Part shown: positions 1 to 7,425 of the stretch, piece by piece
Layout of the letters: the number at the start of each line of letters is the position of its first letter
How positions within the stretch are numbered: the first letter of the stretch is position 1
Source of the DNA: Campylobacterota bacterium
Lineage (GTDB): Bacteria > Campylobacterota > Campylobacteria > Campylobacterales > Sulfurimonadaceae
Direction of reading: 5' to 3'
DNA length: 12,865 nucleotides
Assembly: GCA_034717975.1 (NCBI GenBank)
Contig: JAYEMF010000106.1
Span: 1-12,865 of the forward strand
Made by a program: the position numbers and the translations under genes
Notes under the pieces: generated by a model
Told to the model about the DNA's origin: nothing
The model's input: only the letters and a program-made list of their open reading frames with translations
Databases searched by the model: none

Positions 1-55
1 TTTAAGGAAATACCCTCTAACTGATTGCTAAACTGATACTATCAAAGGTAGTGGT

Positions 56-1336
56 ATGTTTTTTCGTATTTTAGTGCTTGCCTTCTTGTTGTTTTCATCC
101 ACTTTGCTCCTTTCCAAAGAGCTGCATGAAGAGAAGGAGTGGGGGATCGCTGTTGTCGTGCGAACCGCAACAATACCGTATGCCACACAAGATAAAAGTG
201 TCAGCAGTTTCATCCCGCTTCTGTTCTATGAAGACAGAAACTTTTTTGTCAACGGGTTGGAAGCCGGCGTAAAACTCCATGAAACAGACAGATGGCGCTT
301 CAGCGCATTGACAAGAATGCGTTTCGTGGATATGCCCAAGGAGTATCAGAATCTCATTCAGGGCGATACCGCTGACTTTGGTCTGCAGGCCCGCTATAAA
401 GTAGATGGAAACCAGAATGTTGATGTGGAGTTCATGCGGGATGCAGACAATTATCGGCATGCAAACCTCACTTACTCTTTAATGTTCGAAAAAGGCTCAT
501 GGGAGACAAAACCTTATGCCACGCTGCGGTATAAAGGTGCTGACTTTAATGCGCACTATTATGCACTTGAACAGGAGTCTATCGGGGCGGGTCTTGATGC
601 AGCAGCAGGCATAAAGGTCAAATATCATGTCACCTCCAACCTCTATCTGGTGGGCGCTGCACAGAGCCGATGGCTTGATGCCAATGCCAGAAATGCAAAA
701 GTCGTCGGTGACAAGAGAGAAGATGAGGTGTCGCTGGGCTTCGGGTTTTTTAACGATAAGACCAAGAAGAAGAGAAAGCTGGGTATCTCTCCCTATCTTC
801 GTATTGCCCATGGCTGGGCGACACCTTCAAATCTCAATGCGATCATCACCGGCGATACCGAAAAAGACCCCTATAACAATCAACTGACCTCTCTTTTTTA
901 TGGCCACCCTTTAACCGATGAGCTGTTCGGTCTTCCTTTCGATATCTACTTGACACCGGGTTTTGTCTGGCACCACTCATCCGAAGTGCAAAGCTCAACA
1001 CAAGAGTATGTTCTGGCTATTAAAGCTTACTATACGTTTAAACTGCCGGTCCGGTTTCGTTTCGGGTTTGCAGAAGGCCTCTCTTATGTAAACGAGATCA
1101 CTTATATTGAACGAACGGAACTTGAGCAAAAAGAGTACAGGCCAAGCAAGCTGCTGAACTATCTGGATTTTTCCCTGGACATGCATCTGGGTGACATCTT
1201 TGGAGAGAACCTTGATAAGTTCTGGCTGGGGTACAGCATCCATCACCGGTCAGCTATTTTTGAAACAGCATCGCACTTCGGGAGGATAAAAGGAGGCAGT
1301 AATTATAACTCTGTCTACCTGCAGTGGCATTTTTAG
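56..1336 (+). CDS. MipA/OmpV-family outer-membrane protein with a second C-terminal beta-barrel domain (PagL/LpxR-like H-x-S motif)
   Basis: 426-aa ORF. N-terminal signal peptide; MipA-like N-terminal region (IPY...FIPLLFYE...FFVNGLEAG, YY in the loop); basic linker NDKTKKKRKL; second amphipathic beta-strand domain with GYSIHHRS...GGSN; C-terminal aromatic beta-signal YLQWHF. Confidence 0.8.
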   Translation: MFFRILVLAFLLFSSTLLLSKELHEEKEWGIAVVVRTATIPYATQDKSVSSFIPLLFYEDRNFFVNGLEAGVKLHETDRWRFSALTRMRFVDMPKEYQNLIQGDTADFGLQARYKVDGNQNVDVEFMRDADNYRHANLTYSLMFEKGSWETKPYATLRYKGADFNAHYYALEQESIGAGLDAAAGIKVKYHVTSNLYLVGAAQSRWLDANARNAKVVGDKREDEVSLGFGFFNDKTKKKRKLGISPYLRIAHGWATPSNLNAIITGDTEKDPYNNQLTSLFYGHPLTDELFGLPFDIYLTPGFVWHHSSEVQSSTQEYVLAIKAYYTFKLPVRFRFGFAEGLSYVNEITYIERTELEQKEYRPSKLLNYLDFSLDMHLGDIFGENLDKFWLGYSIHHRSAIFETASHFGRIKGGSNYNSVYLQWHF

Positions 1337-1350
1337 CGGCGTTACTTCGT

Positions 1351-1686
1351 CTATTTTGGACGGCAATCATAGACGTGACCTACAAATACGGTCGAGCTGG
1401 TGTACATGAAATCGGCACTTTGTATCTCTACGCTGTTCCCGCCTAATTCTACAGCCTGGTTCCTAAGGCTGGCTCGAGCCCCTGCAGTCATATCATTGTT
1501 GGACATAAACAAAAATGTCCACATATTGGCTTCGCTGCCAATGATTTCATCCTTGTATTCACACCGCATATCTGCCGGAAGCGAATCATAAAGACGTACC
1601 TTTTCTGCTTCAGGAGTCAATATGTTTTTGGCACTGCAGCCACTTAAAACAAGAAGTGCAAACAAAATAAATGCAATAGTTTTCAA
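1351..1686 (-). CDS. DUF4156-like small lipoprotein
   Basis: 111 aa, TTG start with a GAGAG-like SD upstream. Lipobox LSGC; LTPEAEKVRL and GARASLRNQAVELGGN, plus a C-terminal VYDC with a second conserved Cys, fit DUF4156/YdgH-like lipoproteins. Confidence 0.75.
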   Translation of the reverse strand: MKTIAFILFALLVLSGCSAKNILTPEAEKVRLYDSLPADMRCEYKDEIIGSEANMWTFLFMSNNDMTAGARASLRNQAVELGGNSVEIQSADFMYTSSTVFVGHVYDCRPK

Positions 1687-1828
1687 GTAAACTCTCTTTC
1701 TCTGATGTCGTTGACTTTAGAGGTGCCCTTTAGTCGTTATGATAGCACTAAAGCGTACAATCCCGCATTATTTTGTGCCAGTCAGTATCAAAGTGTGTTA
1801 AAATCTTCTATTAATTTTTGAATGCCAG

Positions 1829-1863
1829 AGACTTATTGTAAACTCTAGGTTTACAATAAGTCT
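1829..1863. repeat. Perfect 15-bp inverted repeat with 5-nt spacer
   Basis: AGACTTATTGTAAAC-TCTAG-GTTTACAATAAGTCT; the arms at 1829-1843 and 1849-1863 are exact reverse complements. Confidence 0.9.
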
Positions 1864-1885
1864 ATTGATAATCACGGAGAAGATC

Positions 1886-4111
1886 ATGCAGTTTATCCTC
1901 AAGCTTTTTAAAGCGCTGAACTCGGCGCAGACACCTTGGCAGGTAACTCTTGCCATCACACTGGGAATGGTCGCCGGGCTTACACCGCTTTCAGGCATTC
2001 AGACCATTGTGATCTTCTTTCTCGCCTTTGTGCTCAATATTCACCTGGGGCTTTTCTTTGTCAGTTCTGCTGTTTTTGCAGGGATCGGCTATCTGTTCGA
2101 TCCGATCTTTGAGCAGATCGGTTATGCTCTTTTGACAGGTGAAGGGCTCAACGGGCTCTGGACGGCGTGGTATAACAACGGTCTGATACGCTTAAGTTAC
2201 TTCAATAACACACTGGTACTTGGTTCGACAGTTGTCGCGCTGACAGCGGCAGTACCGCTCTATTTTTTACTGGGCTGGGCGATCAACCACTATCGGGATG
2301 CACTTGGAAGCGTCCTCTCAAAGTACCCGAAACTCGGATTTATGGGTATTTTAAAAGCGAGTGATAAAAAAGATCCTCTGCTTCGCTGGTGGGGCGCGGG
2401 TCTCTTTGCCGGTGTAGCTGCCCTATTGATCGCTTTTGCGATGCTGGTGGCTGATCCATTGGTTAAATGGGCACTCGAGAGCGGCGGCAGTAAAGTGCTC
2501 CAGCGTGATCTGCGTATAGGGTCAGTAGATGTCGGTTTTGGCGAAGGTTCGGTAGATATCAATCGACTTGAAGTGGCCGGTTCAAAAGAGGGTATCGATG
2601 CAGTCTCCATGGAACATATCGGCTTTGACATTGGACTCAATGCACTTCTTTTCAACCGCACGCATATTGAAAAGATCGTGATAGAGGGGATGGGGTTTGA
2701 GACGGAAGCAACCCTCAAGAAATCAGTAGCCTCTCGTGATGAAGCAGCTGAGACAGGTGTGTCGGAACCGGAAGGCGGCGAAGCATTGTCGATGCCGGCT
2801 ATGGAACTTCCCGACCCTGAAACAGTGCTGGCGAATGCGGACTTGAAATCACTCAAAGTCTATGATGAAGCGCAGAATGAGATCACCAGAGTTCGTACAA
2901 AATGGGATGATGTCGCGAAAGATGAGTTCTCTCAGAAGGCCCTGAAAGCATTTGAAAACGATTATGAACTCATCAAGAAAAAGGCTTCATCAAAAGATCC
3001 GAAACAGCTGCTGGAGCTTAAAGATGATATTGCCGCCTTTAAGAAGAGAGTAGACGATCGAAAAGAGCGTATCGCTTCACTCCAACGGGAGTTCAAGGCA
3101 GATAAGCGGCGTATCAAAACGCTTATGGCTGAGATGAAACGGGCGCCGGTGGAAGACTATCGTGATCTGCAATCAACCTATTCGCTTGATGGCAGCGGAG
3201 CGATGAATGTGGTCGGTACTATTTTTGGCGAGAAGGTAAAAGGGTATATGGCGATGGCTGAGAAGTACTACAAGATGGCAGCACCTTACCTAAAGAGTGA
3301 GAAAAAGGCCGAAGAGGCAGCTCCTCCACGCGGTGAGGGGCGATGGGTCAAGTTCGCGAACCGCGTGCCAAGCCCGGATCTTCTCATTGCCAAAACAGAG
3401 ATCGACGGATTGCTGAACAGCCAGAGCTTTGCCGCAACGATCAACAATATCAGTGATAATCAAAAAGCATCAGGCAGACCGGTCACCTTCAGCATGGAGA
3501 GTGACGGTGAACAGATCAGCGGCTTGAAACTGAGCGGTGAGGACAACAGGCTGGGAGAGGGTGTCATTGACCGTCTGAACTTCAGTGCGACAAAGCTATC
3601 GCTAGAAACGATGGCTCTCTCCTCTATGACATTGAGCAATACGGCGTTGGCTTTCAATGGTGATCTTCTTATCAATGATGCGGCGACATTAAGCGGCAAG
3701 ATAGACCTTGGATTTAGCAATGCCAATATTGAGATGAACAACCTTCAGGGGAAAACCGCCGAAGCAGTGGCAGATGTTCTGAAAAGCATCAACCGTTTCA
3801 GTGCTGATGTGACACTTGATGGTGAGTTGAAATCTCCGGAAGTCGGTGTGAAAACAGATCTTGATAAAAAACTCTCCGGTGCCTTGAGTGCCGGTCTTAA
3901 AAAACAGGCAACTGCATATAAAAAGGAGCTTAGAGGTCTGCTGGACAGCAAGATGGAAGAGCAGCTTGGCAGCTTGAGCGGTGAAGCTGCCAATATTGCC
4001 GATATCAATGCCCTTGCCGGTGGGCAGAGCAGTGCGCTGGAGGGTCTGGATGCCAATGCAGGTGATCTGATCTCAGGTGAGAGTGGTTTGAAAAGCTTCT
4101 TCCCTTTCTAG
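1886..4111 (+). CDS. Fused TIGR03546 (DUF2062-like membrane domain) + TIGR03545-family protein, with AsmA-like beta-rich regions and a central coiled coil
   Basis: ATG at 1886 follows GGAG (1876-1879); the ORF track start at 1865 is a TTG with no SD. N-terminus LFKALNSAQTPWQVTLAITLGM...FNNTLVLGS matches TIGR03546. After LLRWWG and a TM anchor come beta-rich segments, a coiled coil, PPRGEGRWVKF and KTDLDKKL, matching TIGR03545. Confidence 0.75.
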   Translation: MQFILKLFKALNSAQTPWQVTLAITLGMVAGLTPLSGIQTIVIFFLAFVLNIHLGLFFVSSAVFAGIGYLFDPIFEQIGYALLTGEGLNGLWTAWYNNGLIRLSYFNNTLVLGSTVVALTAAVPLYFLLGWAINHYRDALGSVLSKYPKLGFMGILKASDKKDPLLRWWGAGLFAGVAALLIAFAMLVADPLVKWALESGGSKVLQRDLRIGSVDVGFGEGSVDINRLEVAGSKEGIDAVSMEHIGFDIGLNALLFNRTHIEKIVIEGMGFETEATLKKSVASRDEAAETGVSEPEGGEALSMPAMELPDPETVLANADLKSLKVYDEAQNEITRVRTKWDDVAKDEFSQKALKAFENDYELIKKKASSKDPKQLLELKDDIAAFKKRVDDRKERIASLQREFKADKRRIKTLMAEMKRAPVEDYRDLQSTYSLDGSGAMNVVGTIFGEKVKGYMAMAEKYYKMAAPYLKSEKKAEEAAPPRGEGRWVKFANRVPSPDLLIAKTEIDGLLNSQSFAATINNISDNQKASGRPVTFSMESDGEQISGLKLSGEDNRLGEGVIDRLNFSATKLSLETMALSSMTLSNTALAFNGDLLINDAATLSGKIDLGFSNANIEMNNLQGKTAEAVADVLKSINRFSADVTLDGELKSPEVGVKTDLDKKLSGALSAGLKKQATAYKKELRGLLDSKMEEQLGSLSGEAANIADINALAGGQSSALEGLDANAGDLISGESGLKSFFPF

Positions 4112-4203
4112 CTCTTCTCCTTCTTCCTGTCACTTTTGGCAGCTCGAACACTCTCTTTTGACTCCAGTGGTTGTAAGAGTTAGCTAAAGGATAAAAATTA
4201 TAC

Positions 4204-4243
4204 TTAAAAATAGATTTTCTTTTTAAAATAGGCATGCTAGACT
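4204..4243 (+). promoter_or_regulatory. Putative rubrerythrin promoter: extended -10 with an upstream AT-rich inverted repeat
   Basis: TG-C-TAGACT at 4235-4243; TTAAAAA-N9-TTTTTAA at 4204-4226. Confidence 0.35.
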
Positions 4244-4277
4244 GGTCAATAGAGAATCTAAAGCAAAAGGATCTATT

Positions 4278-4775
4278 ATGCCAACAACAGAAGAAAATCT
4301 CGATACCGCATTCAGCGGTGAGAGTCAGGCGTATCAGAAGTACAGTGCTTTTGGAGATAAAGCAGCTAAAGAGGGGTTCCCGAATATTGCGAAACTCTTC
4401 AAGACGACGGCAGAGGCTGAACATATTCATGCTACCGGTCATCTGAAGGCCAAAGAGGCGATCGGTTCGACGCTTGAGAACCTGGATGCGGCGATCAACG
4501 GTGAGACCTATGAGTACAGCGATATGTACCCGCCGATGTATGAGCAGGCCGTTGCGGAAAATCACAAAGCTAAAAAGATGTTCGGGTATGCGCTTGAAGC
4601 GGAAAAGGTGCATGCAGAGTTATATCGAAAAGCACTCGAAGCTGTCAGAGAAGGTAAAGATCTGGATGAGGTAAATATCTATCTCTGCCCGATCTGCGGC
4701 CATATTGAGCTGGGAACACCACCGGAAAATTGCCCGGTATGCGGGGCCAAAGCATCAGCCTATGTGCAGATCTAG
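4278..4775 (+). CDS. rbr: Rubrerythrin
   Basis: 165 aa. TEENL..AFSGESQA..KY, diiron ExxH motifs (EHIH, EKVH), GETYEYSDMYP, and a C-terminal rubredoxin domain CPICG...CPVCG. SD AAAAGGA upstream. Confidence 0.95.
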   Translation: MPTTEENLDTAFSGESQAYQKYSAFGDKAAKEGFPNIAKLFKTTAEAEHIHATGHLKAKEAIGSTLENLDAAINGETYEYSDMYPPMYEQAVAENHKAKKMFGYALEAEKVHAELYRKALEAVREGKDLDEVNIYLCPICGHIELGTPPENCPVCGAKASAYVQI

Positions 4776-4783
4776 TACATTGA

Positions 4784-5143
4784 TTATCTGCTTTTATACT
4801 CTTTGATGGCATTTTCAACCGATCCGTCAAAGATCGTATAGTCGATCTTGTCGGCTATCAAGGCGTTCTCAAGTTTCATCCCTACGCCGGCAGCGATAAA
4901 GTGTGAAGCCTTTTCGGCATGCAGAAGTTTCACAAGGTGTGAGCTTGCTCCGCCACCGACATTCTGATGCGGGTTCTTCATACTTTTGAGTACCGCCCCC
5001 TCTGAATCGGTGACAATATAGTAGTCACATCGTGAAGCGTCGCCACTGACACTTGCTTTAACGTTTTCACCTTCACTGGCAATCACTACGACTTCCGCAA
5101 ACAGACTTCCTGTAACAAACAGTAGAGTTAGTAACCATTGCAT
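4784..5143 (-). CDS. NifB/NifX (dinitrogenase FeMo-cofactor biosynthesis) family domain protein with a predicted signal peptide
   Basis: ATG at 5143 with SD AAGGAG. The longer ORF start at 5251 lies inside the MITE. VVIAS...VS..ASRCDYYIV...KNPHQNVGGGA...FIAAGVG matches the NifB/NifX fold pattern; hydrophobic leader MQWLLTLLFVTGSLFA. Confidence 0.8.
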   Translation of the reverse strand: MQWLLTLLFVTGSLFAEVVVIASEGENVKASVSGDASRCDYYIVTDSEGAVLKSMKNPHQNVGGGASSHLVKLLHAEKASHFIAAGVGMKLENALIADKIDYTIFDGSVENAIKEYKSR

Positions 5144-5237
5144 AACAGACTCCTTGATTGAATGTTGAGTATAACGTATATATGGCGATGAAGAGGTATG
5201 ATCGACCATATTTGCACGGTAAATCAAAACTAAGATT

Positions 5238-5367
5238 TTCAGCTTTCGCACATGCCGTCACCCCGGACTTGATCCGGGGTCCACAGCTGCAAGGTCTTAA
5301 ACATAAAAACCACTAGATTCCGGGTCAAGCCCGGAATGACAGCCATTTTTCATATGCGAAAGTTGAG
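5238..5367. mobile_element. MITE copy 1 (130 bp): 17-bp imperfect TIRs, 7-bp target-site duplication, internal REP/RPE-like hairpin pair
   Basis: TIRs TTCAGCTTTCGCACATG (5238-5254) and CATATGCGAAAGTTGAG (5351-5367). Flanking direct repeat TAAGATT at 5231-5237 and 5368-5374. Hairpins ACCCCGGA-CTTGA-TCCGGGGT (5260-5280) and ATTCCGGG-TCAAG-CCCGGAAT (5317-5337). Second copy at 9552-9709. Confidence 0.85.
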
Positions 5368-5476
5368 TAAGATTTATATAAAATAGCGTACACCTTAAAC
5401 AGAGGTGAGTTTTGAATTACCATGCCACATTTGAGCTTGGAATGGGATTGTCCAGAATTTCATCTCACTATTGAAA

Positions 5477-5686
5477 TCAATAATTGTCGTATCTACCCGC
5501 TTCGACATCTTTTTTTATCTCATCAAGTGCTTCTTGCATGATCCGTATTAATATCGCGGCAGCTTCATTGTCATCTGCTTCAGGGACATCCCAGTCCGTA
5601 ATCTTCATGTTGGCTTTAAAGAGAAGTTCCACCGCTTTTTTTATCTCTGTTTTTCTGCTTCGAAGCTCTTTTTGTATTACATCCAT
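5477..5686 (-). CDS. Small acidic helical hypothetical protein (69 aa)
   Basis: ATG with SD AAGGTGAG upstream and an extended -10-like TGTTAAAAT (minus strand, about 5717-5725). Protein-like composition with motif NMKITDWDVPEADD. Confidence 0.75.
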   Translation of the reverse strand: MDVIQKELRSRKTEIKKAVELLFKANMKITDWDVPEADDNEAAAILIRIMQEALDEIKKDVEAGRYDNY

Positions 5687-5819
5687 ATCTCACCTTCAGC
5701 TTTATTGGTACCCTCTATTTTAACAGGTATAAACCTAAAATTTTTCATAACACTTATTTTGGTTATAATGATTGTAAAATGAAAGAGAATATTTTGAATT
5801 ATCTCTCTGCAAATCTTGA

Positions 5820-6010
5820 GGTCTTGGAAAAGCATGCCATATCTGAGTAATTCTGCACTGAATATTTCAAAAGTACGGGGTAAAGTATTTGATTTCAAGG
5901 GGATTGGACCTTCTCCCTCCTTCCATCCCGGTTACCTGTTACGCCATCCATCGGCTAAAAAGGAGGTATATATCGATATGCTGCTGGCACAGACGCAAGG
6001 GTGTCAATAA
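5820..6010 (+). pseudogene. 3' remnant of a family-4 uracil-DNA glycosylase
   Basis: Translation ISKVRGKVFDFKG....PSFHPGYLLRHPSAKKEVYIDML contains the UDG-4 motif 2 (HPxxLLR) and the upstream RG. GLGKA (the LGxxA motif) is in another frame at 5820-5834. The N-terminal catalytic and Fe-S part is absent. Confidence 0.7.
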
Positions 6011-6020
6011 AGAGAAGTAG

Positions 6021-6653
6021 TTATGGCCCTCTTTGGGCACGAAGAGCTATAAAGGCCCCTTCACCGTATCCCTTTTTTACCGTGGTGTCCATATGCTCCG
6101 GATCGGTTCCAAAAAGAGTCTGGGCGCAGACAATCCCGGAAAACCCGGCCTTTTTTAACAGTCCGATAACTTCATCTGTACTGAAAAAGCGGGCTTCCCG
6201 GTAAAAACGGCTATGGAGGCGGTTTTTTTCATACTGTCGGCCCAGTGCCGAATCCCTGTCCACAAAACCGATGATCACATAGCCGTCCGGTTTCAGGATC
6301 CGGTAGATGTTTTGCAGGCTTAACAGCGGATCATCTACAAAACAGATCGTCGTTACCATCAGAACGAAGTCAAAGGTTTCGTTCCCGACCGGCAGGTCTT
6401 CAGCGACACCATTGATGACTTCAATCCCTTTTGACCCGGCAATTTCAGCCATTTTGGCCGAGGGTTCAATTCCTGTCGTGATGTCAAACGGCAGGGAAAA
6501 GCGTCCGCTCCCGACACCGATCTCTATCCCATTTTTAAAAGGGGGCAAAAGTTTTCTGATTGCCTCTATCTCAGCATCATAAAGGATTGAATGTTTTTCA
6601 AACCATGCCTCATATTCGCGGGAAAATGTTTCAAATACTTTGGTTTTTGGCAT
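6021..6653 (-). CDS. Class I SAM-dependent methyltransferase (Methyltransf_11-like)
   Basis: Motif I IEIGVGSGRF, GIEPS, GVAEDLP..ETFDFVL, TICFVDDP, RILKPDG. ATG at 6653 (alternative GTG at 6656). Confidence 0.9.
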   Translation of the reverse strand: MPKTKVFETFSREYEAWFEKHSILYDAEIEAIRKLLPPFKNGIEIGVGSGRFSLPFDITTGIEPSAKMAEIAGSKGIEVINGVAEDLPVGNETFDFVLMVTTICFVDDPLLSLQNIYRILKPDGYVIIGFVDRDSALGRQYEKNRLHSRFYREARFFSTDEVIGLLKKAGFSGIVCAQTLFGTDPEHMDTTVKKGYGEGAFIALRAQRGP

Positions 6654-6695
6654 CACTTAATCCATTTCCGGTTTGGTATAAAAAACTGCTTGTTA

Positions 6696-7256
6696 TCATA
6701 ACCTGTAAACCTCTTCAAGCCTGTTCAACAGCGGCAGATAAAGCATCTCTATCTCGCTGATCTCGATGCGGCTCTGGCTGGGGAAGAAGAAGTGGCTGTT
6801 GCGGTTTCGGCGGGTTCGGATAGTAATGTAGAACATCTCCGAGATCAGTGCAGCATCTTCGGCATCAATCGACAGCTTTTTGAAAAGCTCTGCTTCGGCA
6901 CTTTTCAAGGCAGTGCTGACGGTACTGGTATTGATCTGTGCCACGTAGTCGATCTGCAACGCTTCGAGTACCGTTTTAAGCCAGGGGTTGGAGTGGGCAG
7001 TGACTTTTTTACCATATTCACCGTGAGCCCTTTTTCGGAAAAAGGCGACATGGTGTTTGAGCAGGCAGGCTTTAAGCAAGATCTCTGCCGAAAGCGAGAT
7101 ATTGCGCCAGAAATCAACGGCTTCAAAAGGGGTGTGCTCAACAACATCCGCAATTTTAAAAGTACTGTTTTTATAGATGATGATATTTTGAAAAGTGGCC
7201 AGGTGAATGGCGTACTCATGATTCTCTTCAGCGATATTACTGATGTCGACACTCAT
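6696..7256 (-). CDS. Hypothetical protein, putative HEPN-superfamily ribonuclease
   Basis: 186 aa, SD AGGAG upstream. Predicted helical; SAEILLKACL (E58..K62), NTSTVSTAL, and R150-N-R-N-S-H155 (RNxxxH). Confidence 0.65.
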   Translation of the reverse strand: MSVDISNIAEENHEYAIHLATFQNIIIYKNSTFKIADVVEHTPFEAVDFWRNISLSAEILLKACLLKHHVAFFRKRAHGEYGKKVTAHSNPWLKTVLEALQIDYVAQINTSTVSTALKSAEAELFKKLSIDAEDAALISEMFYITIRTRRNRNSHFFFPSQSRIEISEIEMLYLPLLNRLEEVYRL

Positions 7257-7425
7257 ATAATTGCTCCTGAAGGCTTTTTGAAAAGTTTCATAATCTATTA
7301 CTCCATCCCTTTCAATATTACTTTACACAATAATCATTGAGGTGTCATTATAATTTTACTCTTCTGCAGCTTTAGAAACCAGTACTTATATAAAATATAA
7401 CTTATGGAGATATGTTACTCAATAA

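Noticed and set aside
1864..1880. Fur-like half-site TGATAATC before the TIGR03545 gene
   Set aside because: Only one half matches; the other half is the RBS.
2290..2856. Long antisense ORFs (also 3460-3741, 3745-4056, 4005-4613, 6792-7340, 7883-8272, 10818-11570, 11444-11917)
   Set aside because: They lie largely or wholly opposite well-supported genes and show no recognisable motifs; they are shadow frames.
5144..5251. N-terminal extensions in the ORF track (also 1865-1885, 7412-7486, 10051-10170)
   Set aside because: Downstream ATGs have clear SD sequences and family-typical starts. The extensions run through a MITE, an RBS, a Fur box or the upstream gene.
5422..5541. 39-codon plus-strand ORF MPHLSLEWDCPEFHLTIEI...
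   Set aside because: Short, no well-spaced SD, overlaps the 3' end of the 69-aa gene in antisense, and matches no family I recognise.
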